NCBI GenBank assembly: GCA_964413265.1
Contig: CAYPRX010000106.1
Coordinates: 2,048-66,047, forward strand
Direction of reading: 5' to 3'
DNA from: an uncultured Brevinematales bacterium
GTDB lineage: Bacteria > Spirochaetota > Brevinematia > Brevinematales > JAOACQ01
Length of the DNA: 64,000 nt
Below the pieces are notes generated by a model. The model saw nothing but the letters and a program-made list of their open reading frames with translations. It was not told the DNA's origin and did no database searches. The translations under genes and the position numbers were made by a program. This document shows, in pieces, positions 10,351-19,374 of this stretch (its first letter is position 1; every line of letters starts with the position of its first letter).

Positions 10351-11436
10351 CTACCTCCCTTCCAGGTAACCTTCTTCTTTAAGCAGTTCAGCAATAAGGA
10401 CGGCACCTCCCGCGGCACCACGGATGGTATTATGGGAAAGACATACAAATTTATAATCGAAGATAGAATCTTCACGTAATCTTCCTATTGAAATTCCCAT
10501 ACCATTGTGTAAATCCCTATCCAGGGCTGTCTGCGGTCTGTTGTCTTCTTCAAAGTACGTTAAAAAGGGTACAGGAGCGCTGGGAAGTCCAAGTTTCTGA
10601 GGTTTACCAACGAAATCTTTCCATTTTGCGAGAATTTCATTCCTTGTCGGCCTTTTCTCAAAGGAAACGAAGACTGCTGCCATATGACCGTCGGAAACGG
10701 GAACCCTGATGCATTGAGATGTGATAAGAGGTTTAATGGCATTGATTATTGAGCCATTCCTTATCACCCCCCATATCTTCATCGGTTCTTTTTCGCTTTT
10801 CATTTCCTCACCGCTGATGAAGGGTATAACATTATCTGCGATCTCAGGGCAATTATTAAAAGTTTTACCTGAACCTGAAATGGCCTGATAGGTGCAGGCG
10901 ATTACTCTGCTTGGTTTATATTCAAGTAAGGGGTGTAAGGCAGGGACATAGCTCTGTATAGAGCAATTGGGTTTTACGGCTATAAAGCCCTTCTTAGTAT
11001 TAAGGCGTCTTCTCTGGGATTCTATTAAAACCAGGTGCTCATGATTTATTTCCGGTATTATCATGGGCACGTCTGGAAGACTCCTTGAAGCCGAATTATT
11101 TGAGATAACAGGGATCTCGAGTCTTGCATATCTTTCTTCAAGTTTCAGCGCCTCATCCTTTGGCATATCGACGGCACAGAAAACGAAATCAACCTCTACT
11201 GCAATTTTTTCACAGTCTGAGGCATTATTGATTTTCATCTGGGATAAATTCTCCGGGATCGGGCTTTTCATATACCAGCGGTCTTTTACAGCTTCCGCAT
11301 ATGACTTGCCGGCTGAATTAGGGCTCGCCGCCAGTAGGACTGTATCAAACCATGGATGATTATTCAGGATCGTCACGAAACGCTGACCGACCATTCCGGT
11401 AGCGCCGATAATTCCTGCTCTTAGTTTTTTCATCAT
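10351..11436 (-). CDS. asd: Aspartate-semialdehyde dehydrogenase
   Basis: GATGMVGQRF, KPNCS (catalytic Cys), RVPVSDGH, HNTIRGAAGG. Confidence 0.96.
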   Translation of the reverse strand: MMKKLRAGIIGATGMVGQRFVTILNNHPWFDTVLLAASPNSAGKSYAEAVKDRWYMKSPIPENLSQMKINNASDCEKIAVEVDFVFCAVDMPKDEALKLEERYARLEIPVISNNSASRSLPDVPMIIPEINHEHLVLIESQRRRLNTKKGFIAVKPNCSIQSYVPALHPLLEYKPSRVIACTYQAISGSGKTFNNCPEIADNVIPFISGEEMKSEKEPMKIWGVIRNGSIINAIKPLITSQCIRVPVSDGHMAAVFVSFEKRPTRNEILAKWKDFVGKPQKLGLPSAPVPFLTYFEEDNRPQTALDRDLHNGMGISIGRLREDSIFDYKFVCLSHNTIRGAAGGAVLIAELLKEEGYLEGR

Positions 11437-11462
11437 ACCTCTCTCTTAAAATAATAAGTAAT

Positions 11463-11491
11463 ATTATATCAGCTCCTATTTCATAATTCAA
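11463..11491 (-). promoter_or_regulatory. sigma70 promoter of asd
   Basis: Minus strand TTGAAT-17bp-TATAAT. Confidence 0.6.
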
Positions 11492-11584
11492 ATCTTTGGG
11501 GTTTCTTTTGGAATTTCTTTTCTTTGATACCTATAAAGGTCGCCGGTATGCAGAGGACCGTCAGTACACCCTGAGGCGAATTAA

Positions 11585-12772
11585 TCAGGGTTCCTCTTTT
11601 GTGATTAGTTTGATTTCTACACGCCTGTTAAGGGCACGCCCTGCCTCACTATCGTTATCCGAGACGGGGTTTTCGCTGCCGTAACCCGAGTATGAGAGCC
11701 TCGAAGGGCTTATACCAAGACTGATCAGGAATTCTGCCACTGTTTTGGCCCTCTTTTCCGACAGGACTTTGTTATAATCCTCATCCCCGATATTATCTGT
11801 AAAGCCGGACACTGTGATATCAATTGACGGATATTTCTTCAGGATTTCCGCGAATTTTTCAATTTTTTTTTCAAACCCGCTTTTCAGCGTGGATTTATCG
11901 AAATCGAATAATATATTACCGAGGCTTAGGATAATTCCATCGGCAACCTCCCTGACCGACATCTCGTTATTTTTCGGAATGCTTTTTTTCATATCGGAGG
12001 CTATCTGATTTTTTTGTTTCTCTGATGCTTCCATTGTAAGCTCTCCACGGCCTTCCGAGGTACTTTTGAACATTAAAGTTTCACCTGTTTTGAAGGTATA
12101 AAGCAGCGAAAATTTATCATTATAAAAGCCAGGACAGTTGTTTGAACTGTTCCAGTAATAGATCAGGTGTGTGAAACCTGTTAGGCTGGCAATATTTGGA
12201 TCGTTTTCAGGGTAATCCGCTATTTCATAGTCTATGGAAAACATTGAATAGTTTTTTCCATCGATCATTTTATCGCCCAGATAGACATAGTTAACATCGA
12301 AACGGGAAATTATGATGTCATTGGAAGTATAGACGCCTTCATGGATCTCTTCACCCGGAGCTGTCCATGAATCGCCAGGTTTTAAATCGTTAGTCGGGAA
12401 AGTCGGTATATTTCTCGCTTCCGGCATCATAACATCCGGTGTAATTATCATATGTCCCTGGCTGTCCTGGAAAAAACTGCTGTCGCTAAGGCTTATCAAT
12501 TTATAAGAATCATCGGTATCGAGGTCTTTTTCATAATAATAAAATTTTCCCCTGTACAGGGTAAATATGTTCGATGTCTGTACAGCTTCGAGCAGGGCTT
12601 TATTCATTGCTTCCACTCTTTTATTAAATTCACCGTTTATAAAAATATCCTGCCTGATGATATTTTTTATCCTGATCTGTCTTCCGATTGAATTATCATA
12701 ATGAAAAACGGTTCCCCATAGGAGTTGCGGGATAAATATAGAGGCTGTCAGAACGAAAAAGCCCTTTTTCAT
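11585..12772 (-). CDS. OmpA-family (C-terminal peptidoglycan-binding) exported protein
   Basis: Signal peptide MKKGFFVL; NILFDFDKSTLK, GFTDNIG, LSEKRAKTV, NRRVEI. Start moved to 12772 (GGGAGA RBS). Confidence 0.88.
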   Translation of the reverse strand: MKKGFFVLTASIFIPQLLWGTVFHYDNSIGRQIRIKNIIRQDIFINGEFNKRVEAMNKALLEAVQTSNIFTLYRGKFYYYEKDLDTDDSYKLISLSDSSFFQDSQGHMIITPDVMMPEARNIPTFPTNDLKPGDSWTAPGEEIHEGVYTSNDIIISRFDVNYVYLGDKMIDGKNYSMFSIDYEIADYPENDPNIASLTGFTHLIYYWNSSNNCPGFYNDKFSLLYTFKTGETLMFKSTSEGRGELTMEASEKQKNQIASDMKKSIPKNNEMSVREVADGIILSLGNILFDFDKSTLKSGFEKKIEKFAEILKKYPSIDITVSGFTDNIGDEDYNKVLSEKRAKTVAEFLISLGISPSRLSYSGYGSENPVSDNDSEAGRALNRRVEIKLITKEEP

Positions 12773-12787
12773 TTTTTCTCCCATGAA

Positions 12788-12816
12788 ATAAAAAAACGGG
12801 GCACAAGTCCCCGTTT
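12788..12816 (-). terminator. Intrinsic terminator after acpP
   Basis: Minus strand AAACGGGG-ACTTGTG-CCCCGTTT followed by a T run. Confidence 0.75.
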
Positions 12817-12827
12817 ATTTAACTTAT

Positions 12828-13061
12828 TTACTGATGACTTTTAATATAATTTACAGCATCACCCACATTTTTGATATTTTGGGCTTCTTCATCAGGAATG
12901 TCAACACCAAACTCTTCTTCTAATGCCATTATTAAATCAACAATATCCAGGGAATCGGCACCTAAATCCTCAATAAATGAAGCTTCAAGTTTGACAGCGC
13001 TTTCATCCACACCGAGCTTGTCAACAATAATTTCCTTCACCTTGTCAAAAACATCTGCCAT
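12828..13061 (-). CDS. acpP: Acyl carrier protein
   Basis: DLGADSLD motif, 77 aa, acidic. Confidence 0.97.
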   Translation of the reverse strand: MADVFDKVKEIIVDKLGVDESAVKLEASFIEDLGADSLDIVDLIMALEEEFGVDIPDEEAQNIKNVGDAVNYIKSHQ

Positions 13062-13249
13062 AGAAAACCTCCTTTATAATAACATATTACCCATTGGTGC
13101 AAAGTATATAAAAAAATCGATTCATAATTCTAGGGGTCTGAAATGATTCTGTCAAGATATAGATGATTGTTTTTAGATAAGTTTTTTTGTGATATAATAA
13201 ATAGATATTGTCGATATTAAATAACAGGTTATTTTTTATGGCGGATTTT

Positions 13250-13882
13250 ATGAAAAAATTATTAATATTATTTGTTCTTACTGTTATTTCCTGTTCATGT
13301 TTCGCTTCAGATCCCAGGGTTGATGCTTTCTATGACCGTGTTATTAAAATAGCAAGGGAATCGATAGGACTTAAAATTGTTCCTGCCGTGAACGGCAAAC
13401 ATTTTACAAGCGACTGTATAGGTTTTGTTAACTATGTTTATTACAAAGCAGGTTTTGACCTCTATAAGGCATATGGAAAAGGCAGGGGGGGAGTCGATAC
13501 TCTCTATGACGGCCTGGTTAAATACGGGTTTGTATATAAGGAAAAGCAGGCTAACCCAGGGGATATTGTTTTTTTTGACAATACCTATGATATTAAAGGT
13601 GGGAGAAGGTGGGACAACCCCTTAAGCCATATCGGCATCATTGTCGGCAACGGCAGATTCGATACACTTGTTTTTATACATTTTGGGAATCATGGAGTTG
13701 AAGAAGGCCGTTTAAATCTCTTCTATCCCTATACTTATGCAGTTAAGCTGTCCGATGGCGATTTATACCCTATTAATTCTTATCTACGTAATGACAGGGG
13801 TGAAGGATTTTCAAAAAAAGAATATGTAGCTGCCAATTTTTACAAGGCTTTTGCACATATCAGGTTAAAGGCCGTGAACTGA
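13250..13882 (+). CDS. Exported NlpC/P60 (C40) cell-wall peptidase
   Basis: Signal peptide MKKLLILF; SDCIGFV, PGDIVFFD, HIGI motifs. Start moved to 13250. Confidence 0.8.
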   Translation: MKKLLILFVLTVISCSCFASDPRVDAFYDRVIKIARESIGLKIVPAVNGKHFTSDCIGFVNYVYYKAGFDLYKAYGKGRGGVDTLYDGLVKYGFVYKEKQANPGDIVFFDNTYDIKGGRRWDNPLSHIGIIVGNGRFDTLVFIHFGNHGVEEGRLNLFYPYTYAVKLSDGDLYPINSYLRNDRGEGFSKKEYVAANFYKAFAHIRLKAVN

Positions 13883-13902
13883 ACCGGAAGAGGAATCCTT
13901 TA

Positions 13903-14484
13903 TTACTCAAGCATTTTTCTCTGGATCCTGGCTGATTGGTCGGGGTCCATCAGGGAAAGAAGGTGAGAAACTGGTGAAGCCTTACCAGCTTCCTGTGCAC
14001 GGGCATCCATTCTTTTCAAAATATCAAGAATCATCATATCGTCCTGCTTGCCCAGTATTTTCACGGCATCTTCAGGCGGCATATTTTCGAGCTGAATGGC
14101 AACCTGGTCCACTCTCTTATCATACGATACTTTATCCGCTTTTTCTTTTTCAAAATTATCAATCATATTCTTGATGTTCTCTTTTTCTTTGGCAACATTC
14201 TCCTTATCAATCTCAATTCCTCTTGATTCTTCTTCGAGTTTTTTCTTTTCTTCCTCGAAATTCCTAATCCTTTCGTCAAGAGTTTGCCACTTTTTATCCA
14301 GTTCGACCTTCTCAAGCAGGAAAGGGTCCTCGATTTTAGCTGAGGGAGATTCCCTCAAGAAAGGAACCTGTTCTATGATCTGCCTGTAATCTATTATCTG
14401 AAGCATGTCCAGTATATAAACAGACAGGAAAGCCAGACCAAGGTTTATGAAAAGAAGAAAGATTATGCGCCTGTTTCTATTCAT
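13903..14484 (-). CDS. flbB: Periplasmic flagellar collar protein, FlbB-like
   Basis: N-terminal TM helix, coiled coil, LENMPPEDAVKIL, LSLMDPDQSARIQRKM; near fliJ as in spirochaetes. Confidence 0.75.
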   Translation of the reverse strand: MNRNRRIIFLLFINLGLAFLSVYILDMLQIIDYRQIIEQVPFLRESPSAKIEDPFLLEKVELDKKWQTLDERIRNFEEEKKKLEEESRGIEIDKENVAKEKENIKNMIDNFEKEKADKVSYDKRVDQVAIQLENMPPEDAVKILGKQDDMMILDILKRMDARAQEAGKASPVSHLLSLMDPDQSARIQRKMLE

Positions 14485-14496
14485 CTGGTAAGCCCG

Positions 14497-15201
14497 TTAT
14501 TCAAAATTTTTATAATCATTGTAATACCGCAGCACATTTTTTACATACTCCTGCGTTTCCTCATACGGAGGAATCCCCCCGAATCTGTCGACCGCTTCCG
14601 GTCCGGCATTATATGCAGCAAGAGAGAGGTTAAGGTCGCCATTGTATTTTGATAGCAGTGCCTTGAGATACCGGGTTCCGCCAAGAACATTTTCCTTTAT
14701 ATCAAAGGGGTTGCTGATACCAAGCAGTTCGGCTGTTCGAGGCATTAACTGCATCAGCCCCATTGCCCCCTTTTGGGATACGGCTTCGGGGTTGAAACCC
14801 GATTCCTGCTGGATTACAGCCTTGATCAAAGGCTTGTCAACATGAAATAATTCCGAGGCCTCATCTATAAGTCCATCCACGTTACTGTTTCCGTTGTTCT
14901 GCAAGCCCTTTTTATACAGCATACTGAGGAGTTCTTTGGAATCGTTCTTTGATCCGACAATCTCGTTAACTTTGTCATAATCAAGCAGTCTGTCAGAACC
15001 TGGCAGAGTATTATTTTCAGCCATTACCTCATTGAGTATATCACTGAATTTTCGGTTGTACTGGGAATTTTCATCCTTAGCGGCATTAGTATTAAGATCG
15101 GCCGGCCTTGTCTCAGGGCGCTTTCCGATCGCCTTAATTTCCTCAATTCTTGACTTTATTTCGTTGATCCTGTCTAAAACACCACTTAGACTTTCAAGCA
15201 T
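14497..15201 (-). CDS. Lytic transglycosylase (SLT domain)
   Basis: QQESGFNP, GAMGLMQLMP, AAYNAGP, ETQEYV. Confidence 0.92.
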   Translation of the reverse strand: MLESLSGVLDRINEIKSRIEEIKAIGKRPETRPADLNTNAAKDENSQYNRKFSDILNEVMAENNTLPGSDRLLDYDKVNEIVGSKNDSKELLSMLYKKGLQNNGNSNVDGLIDEASELFHVDKPLIKAVIQQESGFNPEAVSQKGAMGLMQLMPRTAELLGISNPFDIKENVLGGTRYLKALLSKYNGDLNLSLAAYNAGPEAVDRFGGIPPYEETQEYVKNVLRYYNDYKNFE

Positions 15202-15234
15202 TTTCCCCTCCTCGGTAATTAACTCTTAACTTAA

Positions 15235-15261
15235 TTGTCGGAAATAATTTAATTCTCTTTA
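15235..15261 (-). promoter_or_regulatory. sigma28 (FliA) promoter upstream of slt-flbB
   Basis: Minus strand TAAA-N15-TCCGACAA, overlapping the fliJ stop codon. Confidence 0.65.
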
Positions 15262-15695
15262 TTTCTTAGGAACAGATCCTGCCCTATCTCATCCGTCTCT
15301 TTTTGTTCTTCCCTGTTGGATTCAAATTCATATTTTTTTAAGGCCTTGTCCCTCAGGGTCTCTACAACCCTTCTTTCTCTTTTCAAAGCCGCATATTTGT
15401 CAATATGTTCCTGCATGACCCTTCGTTTTGCTTCGATTTCAACATCGATAACTCTGATTGAATTTTCAGAGTTCCTCACGAGCCTGTCATAATCCTGCAG
15501 TTCCTTTAGGGAGAGATTATTCTTATTTTTCTTAAGATTATCAAGGGTTATCCGGACATTTGAAAGGATCTTTTCTTTTTTATTTAGAACGAATTGATAG
15601 GCTCCGCTTGCTTTTGCAAGCTCGACTCTCTCCTGATCCTCTTTTTTCTGCCTGATTTCAAGAAGCTTTTGGAGTTTAAAATCAAATTTCTTCAT
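15249..15695 (-). CDS. fliJ: Flagellar export protein FliJ
   Basis: MKKFDFKLQKLLEIR N-terminus, coiled coil, EEQKETDE C-terminus. Confidence 0.85.
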   Translation of the reverse strand: MKKFDFKLQKLLEIRQKKEDQERVELAKASGAYQFVLNKKEKILSNVRITLDNLKKNKNNLSLKELQDYDRLVRNSENSIRVIDVEIEAKRRVMQEHIDKYAALKRERRVVETLRDKALKKYEFESNREEQKETDEIGQDLFLRNKEN

Positions 15696-15885
15696 TATCC
15701 CTCCCTATTTAATTTTACATTATTATTTTTTTAATTACTATTTTTTTTGCATTTGCCCCCCTTACCGGATCTTGAGTGACGTCAACACGTAATGTTGCAA
15801 ATTGATGTATTTGATTATAAAATAGTGTAGTAATGGCGGCATATCTCTTTCAAGTAATCAAATTCATCCTGAAGGTTTTCATTTT

Positions 15886-16488
15886 ATGTCAATTGATGTA
15901 GAGATATTTATTGATATACTCAGGAAGATCTTGAACGAATTCCACATACTTAACGAATATTTCTCTTCCCGATATAAATCATCAACATCGGATTACGATG
16001 TTGTCTTTTCAAACTGGACGAGGGATATGTATAAGCGGTACAAATCTTTTCCCTTATCTATGCACTGGGCGACGAGTTCCAGCCTGATCGCAAAAAACCA
16101 GATACTCTTTGATATCCGCCACATAGACAATTTTTTCTGCGAGGTTAAGTATAAATTTGACGAGAAATTCATAGCTTCTTTTCCGAATAATATAAAAAAA
16201 TATCTGGACAGTTTTTTTGAAATAAATAACATGTTTAGTTCTGCTTTTATTGCTTACGACAAAGTTGAATTCCCGAAAAATACTGATTTTGAAAAATATT
16301 TCCAAACATGGAAGAAAGGAATCAATCTGACTATACCAGGTACAGTTATTGATATCCGCTGGGCGAATAAGCTGGAGCCGGTTGTACTGAATCCTGTATA
16401 TTTTGAGATTATGATGCAGGATGATTGTATTTTTGAAGCCAGGTATTTATTTACCGAAGAGAGTTCATTGGAGGAGGGAAAGGAATGA
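15886..16488 (+). CDS. Hypothetical protein
   Basis: 200-aa ORF with ATGA overlap to the next gene; no motif recognised. Confidence 0.6.
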   Translation: MSIDVEIFIDILRKILNEFHILNEYFSSRYKSSTSDYDVVFSNWTRDMYKRYKSFPLSMHWATSSSLIAKNQILFDIRHIDNFFCEVKYKFDEKFIASFPNNIKKYLDSFFEINNMFSSAFIAYDKVEFPKNTDFEKYFQTWKKGINLTIPGTVIDIRWANKLEPVVLNPVYFEIMMQDDCIFEARYLFTEESSLEEGKE

Positions 16489-17030
16489 AATCAAGAGGCC
16501 TTCTTATGATCGAGCACAGGCTTATTGAAAAGATGATTCTTATAATTGACAAGGAGTGCGGGGAAATCCGAAAAAGCAATATCGTAGATCCTTTTTTTAT
16601 CGATACTGCCGTCGATTTCATAAGGACTTATGCCGACAGGACTCATCATGGCAAAGAGGAGGGTATTCTCTTTAAGGAGCTTGAGGCAAAAAAACTAAAA
16701 GGAGATGATGAGAAGTTAATGAAAGAGCTTATTGATGACCACAAAAGGGCTCGGAAAACAGTAGGTGAACTTGTTGAAGCTAAAACAAGATATGAGAAAG
16801 GCGACGGCAGGGCTCTTGATGAAATCCTCAGGCTTTTGACCTGGCTTGTAGAATTTTATCCTCACCATATACGTAAAGAGGATGCAGTATTTTTCCCTGA
16901 AGCAGAAAAATACTTTTCTGACAGCGAGCTGGAACTCCAGCTCAGGGAATACTACGAATTTGATATGAAAATGATACATGAAAAATACGGCAAAGTCGTA
17001 TCTGATTTACGGGCTAAATATAGTTTTTAG
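16485..17030 (+). CDS. Hemerythrin/HHE cation-binding domain protein
   Basis: EHRLI, HHGKEEGILF, DHKRAR, HHIRKEDAVFFP. Confidence 0.88.
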   Translation: MKSRGLLMIEHRLIEKMILIIDKECGEIRKSNIVDPFFIDTAVDFIRTYADRTHHGKEEGILFKELEAKKLKGDDEKLMKELIDDHKRARKTVGELVEAKTRYEKGDGRALDEILRLLTWLVEFYPHHIRKEDAVFFPEAEKYFSDSELELQLREYYEFDMKMIHEKYGKVVSDLRAKYSF

Positions 17031-17034
17031 AATT

Positions 17035-17297
17035 TAATTCCTCAGGCAGAGCGTAGTCCTGTCCTTGTCGAAATAAAAATTATAATAAAAATTAATTCCG
17101 AGATAAAGAGGAACGTGAAAATAAGGACCGCCTTCGGCGGAAATGAATTGATTAGCCGGATTGATCCATGCATCGTATACAAATGAACTGGCATGTTATG
17201 AGTGTTGTCAATGCTCCACAGTAATTTTTGTCTCCCCGAAATTCAGCGTGGTTGAAACAAAGGGGTAACAGTTATCTATTTTTGATTCCTGGTTAAA
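17035..17297 (-). pseudogene. 3' remnant of a decayed paralogue of the OMP at 17409-18524
   Basis: Minus-strand fragments FNQESKIDNCYPFV..KITV / SIDNTHNMP / FVYDAWINPANQFISAEGGPYFHVPLYLGINF align with FDYTEKISAYYPY..FIVG / SLDDEHNMAP / FFSDAWINPNNAYISVEGDPFYKCPFYAGFNV. There is a frameshift and a large internal deletion. Confidence 0.8.
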
Positions 17298-17371
17298 GCG
17301 AATATTCTCAAATTACGGGTGTAGCATACTAATTACAAGATCGTTTTGAATGTGCGATGAAAAAGAAGGGA

Positions 17372-17395
17372 AATTCCTTGCCCGAACAAGGAATT
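17372..17395 (-). terminator. Terminator-like hairpin after the OMP gene
   Basis: AATTCCTTG-loop-CAAGGAATT, followed on the minus strand by a pyrimidine/T-rich tract. Confidence 0.55.
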
Positions 17396-17408
17396 AAATT
17401 CTGTAATC

Positions 17409-18524
17409 TTAACTTTGCGTTACTAAATCAAATGAAAACTTCATCTGCGCATCGATCTCCTGGTCATAACGTATCATAAGATATGACCATGTTGCGGTCG
17501 TATAGGGAAGGTAAGTTCCGTTTACCAATCCCAGGATCAATGAAACGTCTTTCATTACCTCGATAGTGTAATGAACGTTAAATCCTGCATAGAAAGGACA
17601 CTTGTAAAACGGGTCCCCCTCGACTGAAATATAGGCGTTATTCGGGTTTATCCAGGCATCGGAGAAGAATAACTGGGGTGTAAAAGTGATTCCCCAAAGA
17701 GTGAAATTATATTCTCCGTAAATTCCTTGACCGAAAACATCTAAAGAGGCGACGTCCCTGTTAGGCGACCAATCGGAAGCCGTATAAAGGAGGCTGAATG
17801 TTTTGTTCCGCAGTCCGAAAGCGACGTTATCGTTCTCGGTGACATCGATAGCATAAATGAACTGATGCCCCCCGTTATGCCAATAATGGGCCGCGGCATA
17901 CAACAGTTCATAGTTATACGAGATACCTATGTCAAAGCGCTCCCTGTAATCGGCAGTACACTGGTACTGCCAGTTCCAATAAATATCCAGTTTTTGGTGA
18001 TCATCATTATACTGGAGTTGAGCGCCGTATTGATAAAAACCCATGGAGTTGACGGGGTAGATATTCGGAATAGGTCCGTTCCCGTTATGAAAATAGTATT
18101 CCTGGGTGTTGGTAAGCCAAACCCTGTTGCTGACAATCAGCTGATCGAGCGGATCTAGCATAAACGGGGCCATGTTGTGTTCGTCGTCAAGGCTTCCAAC
18201 GATAAAGCGCCAGCCGTTTAAGCTGAATTTCATCTGTATATAGGGATAATAAGCCGAGATTTTTTCAGTATAATCAAACGGAATCAGGAAACCGCATCCG
18301 GCTGAGAATTCGAAATTATCCGAAAATGTGAAACGAAAAGAAGGCTGAAAGAGGTCCTCGACATAGCGCAATGTTTCCATTGTGTATGCCTGATCCTGGT
18401 AATCGCCGTCTTCGTCATTGTAAGCATATCCCTGGTTGTAAATATCCAGCGATACCGCGGGGCTGGAAAAGGCTACTGATGCCAGGAATAATAGAGCTAA
18501 AACAAGCAGAAAAAATCTTCGCAT
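17409..18524 (-). CDS. Putative outer-membrane beta-barrel protein of unknown family
   Basis: GGAGG RBS, signal peptide MRRFFLLVLALLFLASVAFS, aromatic alternating strands. The track start at 18614 lies inside the IS inverted repeat, so 18524 is preferred. Confidence 0.75.
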   Translation of the reverse strand: MRRFFLLVLALLFLASVAFSSPAVSLDIYNQGYAYNDEDGDYQDQAYTMETLRYVEDLFQPSFRFTFSDNFEFSAGCGFLIPFDYTEKISAYYPYIQMKFSLNGWRFIVGSLDDEHNMAPFMLDPLDQLIVSNRVWLTNTQEYYFHNGNGPIPNIYPVNSMGFYQYGAQLQYNDDHQKLDIYWNWQYQCTADYRERFDIGISYNYELLYAAAHYWHNGGHQFIYAIDVTENDNVAFGLRNKTFSLLYTASDWSPNRDVASLDVFGQGIYGEYNFTLWGITFTPQLFFSDAWINPNNAYISVEGDPFYKCPFYAGFNVHYTIEVMKDVSLILGLVNGTYLPYTTATWSYLMIRYDQEIDAQMKFSFDLVTQS

Positions 18525-18663
18525 AAACCCTCCGATAAAAATATGTAATCTTTCAATTACGATTATTTTATTAAGACTTTTCTTTGACTTTATTATTAAA
18601 CATGGATTTCCCATTTAGCATTCAAGAACACTAAAAATATGGTTTACGACACTATGAAACAAC

Positions 18664-18692
18664 ATTTTATAGAACCCATTTTGCAATGTCAA
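18664..18692 (-). promoter_or_regulatory. Outward-facing sigma70 promoter inside the IS right end, pointing at the OMP gene
   Basis: Minus strand TTGACA-ttgcaaaatgggttcta(17)-TAAAAT, about 50 bp inside the IR. Confidence 0.7.
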
Positions 18693-18804
18693 AATAAACC
18701 CCTCTTTCTGAAACCTTAGATATGCTCATAAAAAGAAAATTCATTCATTTCTTTAAATTTTACAGCAGTTATCCCTATCTTCTTTATATCATTAAGGAGA
18801 ATCC

Positions 18805-19361
18805 TTATATCGAGCACAATATCCGCCTGAACCTTTCTATCCTTTCGAGTATTGCTTCAAAAATCTCTTTTGGAATAGCTACTTCAGCCATTTGAAATAT
18901 CGCGTACCGTGCAAGGCTGATAACCTTGATGCCACTCTATCTTCGCGGTCACTCGTCGTCCCCCGTTCAAGCCCGCTGCCTTATAGATGAGATCATGATA
19001 CATAATAAGAGGGGCGAATGACGTCCTTCCTACAGGGCGTTTTAATAGATGTGTGACGTTCAGCTCGAGAATGTCATTGGCCTTAATCCGGATGGCATAA
19101 AGAATATTCTCACGCGGAGTATCGCAGATTCGAGGTCCCCGTCCTGATTAAAATAGAATAATGGATTATAACATGTGCAGCCGAAATGTCCGTTGAGCCC
19201 CAAGCGAATGGCGTGTGTTTGCACCCTTACGGTTATCTGAAAGGCTTTGTTCTGCTATTTTACTCCAGCCCCAAAACATGATCAAGTTCGCGATAAGCAA
19301 GCAAGCCTGCGTCTGAAGTTATCGCCGATCAATGGAATTCAAGGCGGATGGAATTATCAAA
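18805..19361 (-). pseudogene. IS1380-family transposase, fragmented
   Basis: Minus-strand fragments FDNSIRLEFH*SAITSDAGLLAYRELD; NGHFGCTCYNPLFYFNQDGDLE; YAIRIKANDILE..LLKRPVGR..RRVTAKIEWHQG; KVISLARYAIFQMAEVAIP. Confidence 0.88.
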
Positions 19362-19374
19362 TGGGAAATCCGGG

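Larger units (their letters stand above)
17298..19374 (-). mobile_element. Putative ISEcp1-like transposition unit (IS1380 remnant plus 1.3-kb passenger with OMP gene)
   Basis: Flanked by TTAAA at 17293-17297 and 19375-19379. Removing the unit and one TTAAA copy rejoins the reading frame of the split paralogue (GFLIDFNQESK). Confidence 0.72.
18601..19374 (-). mobile_element. Internally deleted, non-autonomous IS1380-family element
   Basis: Terminal IRs catGGATTTCCCATTT (18601-18616) and AAATGGGAAATCCggg (19359-19374), 13-bp perfect core; TTAAA on both sides; transposase fragments inside. Confidence 0.88.

Noticed and set aside
11495-11590. GC-richer structured stretch upstream of asd as a possible lysine riboswitch
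   Set aside because: Too short, lacks recognisable riboswitch motifs, and lies upstream of the predicted asd promoter.
17029-17402. Perfect 14-bp inverted repeat AGAATTTAATTCCT (17029-17042) / AGGAATTAAATTCT (17389-17402), resembling a MITE
   Set aside because: There is no target duplication, the interior is largely OMP pseudogene, and the right copy overlaps a terminator hairpin. It is more likely related 3' hairpin sequence of the paralogues, or chance in AT-rich DNA.
18525-18614. 30-aa N-terminal extension of the OMP in the ORF track
   Set aside because: The ATG lies in the IS inverted repeat; the RBS and signal peptide point to 18524.
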